Assembly (NCBI RefSeq): GCF_009914755.1
Contig: NC_060927.1
DNA: 64,000 nt
Direction: 5' to 3' (one strand)
Origin: the human T2T-CHM13v2.0 reference genome, Homo sapiens
Shown here: piece after piece, positions 61,364 through 64,000 of the stretch
Numbering within the stretch: position 1 is the stretch's first letter
How the letters are laid out: the number at the start of each line of letters is the position of its first letter
Notes under the pieces: model-generated
Databases searched by the model: none
The model's input: only the letters and a program-made list of their open reading frames with translations
Told to the model about the DNA's origin: nothing
Made by a program: the position numbers and the translations under genes

Positions 61364-61450
61364 CCAAGGTGGGTGGATCACGAGGTCAGGAGATTAAGAC
61401 CATCCTGGCTAACACGGTGAAACCCCATCTCTACTTTAAAAAAAAAAAAA
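61364..61450 (+). mobile_element. AluY left-arm fragment with TSD
   Basis: GGATCACGAGGTCAGGAGAT..AGACCATCCTGGCTAACACGG...CTCTACT plus A-tract; flanked by AAAAA(T)TTGTTTAGAAGC. Confidence 0.8.
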
Positions 61451-61703
61451 ATTGTTTAGAAGCTCAAAATCCTTATATACACAATTTGTTTCATCCATAA
61501 ATTTAAAGAGAACACCATATCTGCACTGCACATGAGCAATGTAAAATGTTTCAACTCGGTAGCTACTATACCAATCTCTTACTTGAAAATTACTGGGATG
61601 ATGGAGGAAAGACAGCATTTTTTATTTCCTGCTTTAAAGAATCAATCATCTATAGTTCAGAGGAAGCAAATAGCTCTAATTGAAGAGAAAAAGCTCTTCT
61701 TTA

Positions 61704-62062
<359 letters not shown>

Positions 62063-62069
62063 CTAGAAA

Positions 62070-62561
62070 TTACCCCTGCAGTTTCCTGGCCCATAGTTTC
62101 AGTTATCCACAGTCAACTACAGTCTGGAAATATTAAGTGAAAAATTCCAGAAATAAACAATTCATAAGCTTTAAATCGCGCACTGTTCTGAGTAATATGA
62201 CAAAATCTCGCACCATCCTTCTCTGTCTCAGGTAGAACATGAATCCTCCCTCTTCCCAGCGTATCCACACTATATATGCTACCCACCTGTTAGTCACATA
62301 GGAGCCCTCAGTTACCAGATTCACTGTCATGGTATCTCAGTACTTGTGTGCAAGTCACCCTTATTTTACCTAATAATGGCCCCAAGGCAGAAAAGTAGGA
62401 TGCTGACACTTCAGATAGGTCAAAGAGAAGCTCAAAGTGCTTCCTTTAAGTGAAAAGGTGACCTTGGCATTCTTTGGGTAGGGTGTGGTACTATCATGGT
62501 TTCAGGCATGTTTGGGGGACAGGCTGTTGAACACAGCCCCCATGGATAAGCAGAGACTACT
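62070..62561. mobile_element. MER44 (Tigger7-family) MITE
   Basis: TTTCAGTTATCCACAGTCAACT...AAAATTCCAGAAATAAACAATTCATAAG...CCCCCATGGATAAG...GACTACT. Confidence 0.7.
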
Positions 62562-63500
62562 ATAGATGGAATGACAGAATAAGAAAACTGTCATTTTGCA
62601 ATCTTTCATGAAATTACTGATGATGATTATACATCAGAGTTTTGATAATAAATAAAAGGTTGATGGACAATTGGCTATCTGTATGATGCCAAAGTAACAC
62701 CACGAAGATTACTTTTTAGTTGCAAGAACTGAAAAAATATAAACTTTACATTGGAGGATCAGGGTGTCACCATTCTAACCCAATAATTAATCGTAACATC
62801 ATAAATGATGGAACAAACACCTATTATGTATCTCCTAATGAGATACAATGTAATGTTTAACTGGAATCTAATCAAATTTTACAAGAAATACAGAGGATAG
62901 AAAGAAAAGCTAAGGAACATCACAAGAAAGCAATCAAATCCATAAATATATGTCCATAAGATAATAAATAAAAGTTGGTATGTCTTCCAATGGAATCCTA
63001 TATGATAGCTAAATGAATTGGATTTGTATACAGAACATCAATTTAACTCTCAGAAATAAAACGTTGAGTATAAACAAGTTACATAATGATATATGTATAA
63101 ATTATCATTTATAAAAATTCTAAAACTACACACAAGAAGTGATGAACCTTTAGAAGCAACTACGTATAAATAATGATTTTTTTCTAATGGGACTACAGGA
63201 AAACATACCACACCTATCAGCAGGAAGAATGAAAGGAACATGTGGTTAAAGGGGGAAAAAAACACTGGTCATAAATACTGTACTGTAATTAACAGCTGCT
63301 AATCCAGGGCGATGGAAATATAGGTGTTCTCTAATATTTACAGTTTTCTTTGTATATTAAGTTTATTAAAACAAACAGGAAAAAAGCATAATAAAAATGC
63401 TTTGGATATCAGAGCCAATCCACCCTAAATCTTGACTGCAACAATGACTAGTTGTATGACCTTAGGCATGTTAGTTACCTTCTCAAAAGTTTCATTTTTC

Positions 63501-63795
<295 letters not shown>

Positions 63796-64000
63796 AAAAG
63801 TTTCATTTTTCAGCTATAAATCAGGCATCACAAAACTAATTATTGTGAGGTTTAATGGAAAGAACTTGGATTAACCAGTCAGCACAGGGCCTGGTCCAGG
63901 ACCAAGAGCACTTAATGGTTTCTGAATATTCCCAACATAAAGAAATGATAAATTTTTGAGGTTATAGATATCCTGAATTTCTGATTTGACCATTACACAT

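Overview
This is primate, almost certainly human, genomic DNA. It holds the 3' part of PPM1L (PP2C-epsilon phosphatase, + strand) and, convergently, the 3' part of B3GALNT1 (globoside/P-antigen synthase, - strand). Positions 1-36139 appear to be PPM1L intron dense in retroelements and DNA transposons. The last two PPM1L coding exons are at 36140-36301 and 39548-39894, followed by a 3'UTR of up to about 9.7 kb. The single B3GALNT1 coding exon has its CDS at 57491-56496, and 57526-64000 is probably B3GALNT1 intron. Almost all other ORFs in the track are Alu-, L1- or MaLR-derived, or are chance ORFs. I found no convincing new multi-gene system. The most unusual local signals are: (1) a chain of short tandem duplications plus a 58/60-identical distant copy in the PPM1L 3'UTR (43290-44074); (2) a four-level nested transposon stack with target-site duplications (TSDs) at the three inner levels (15137-20161); (3) a candidate B3GALNT1 poly(A) signal supplied by a Tigger3b transposon; (4) a perfect 5' splice site 51 nt before the last PPM1L acceptor; (5) a candidate upstream B3GALNT1 acceptor that would add 32 in-frame N-terminal residues; (6) a very young AluYa5-lineage insertion; and (7) an apparently internally primed AluY fragment. 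Repeat subfamily names come from recognising consensus sequences by eye and need RepeatMasker/Dfam confirmation.
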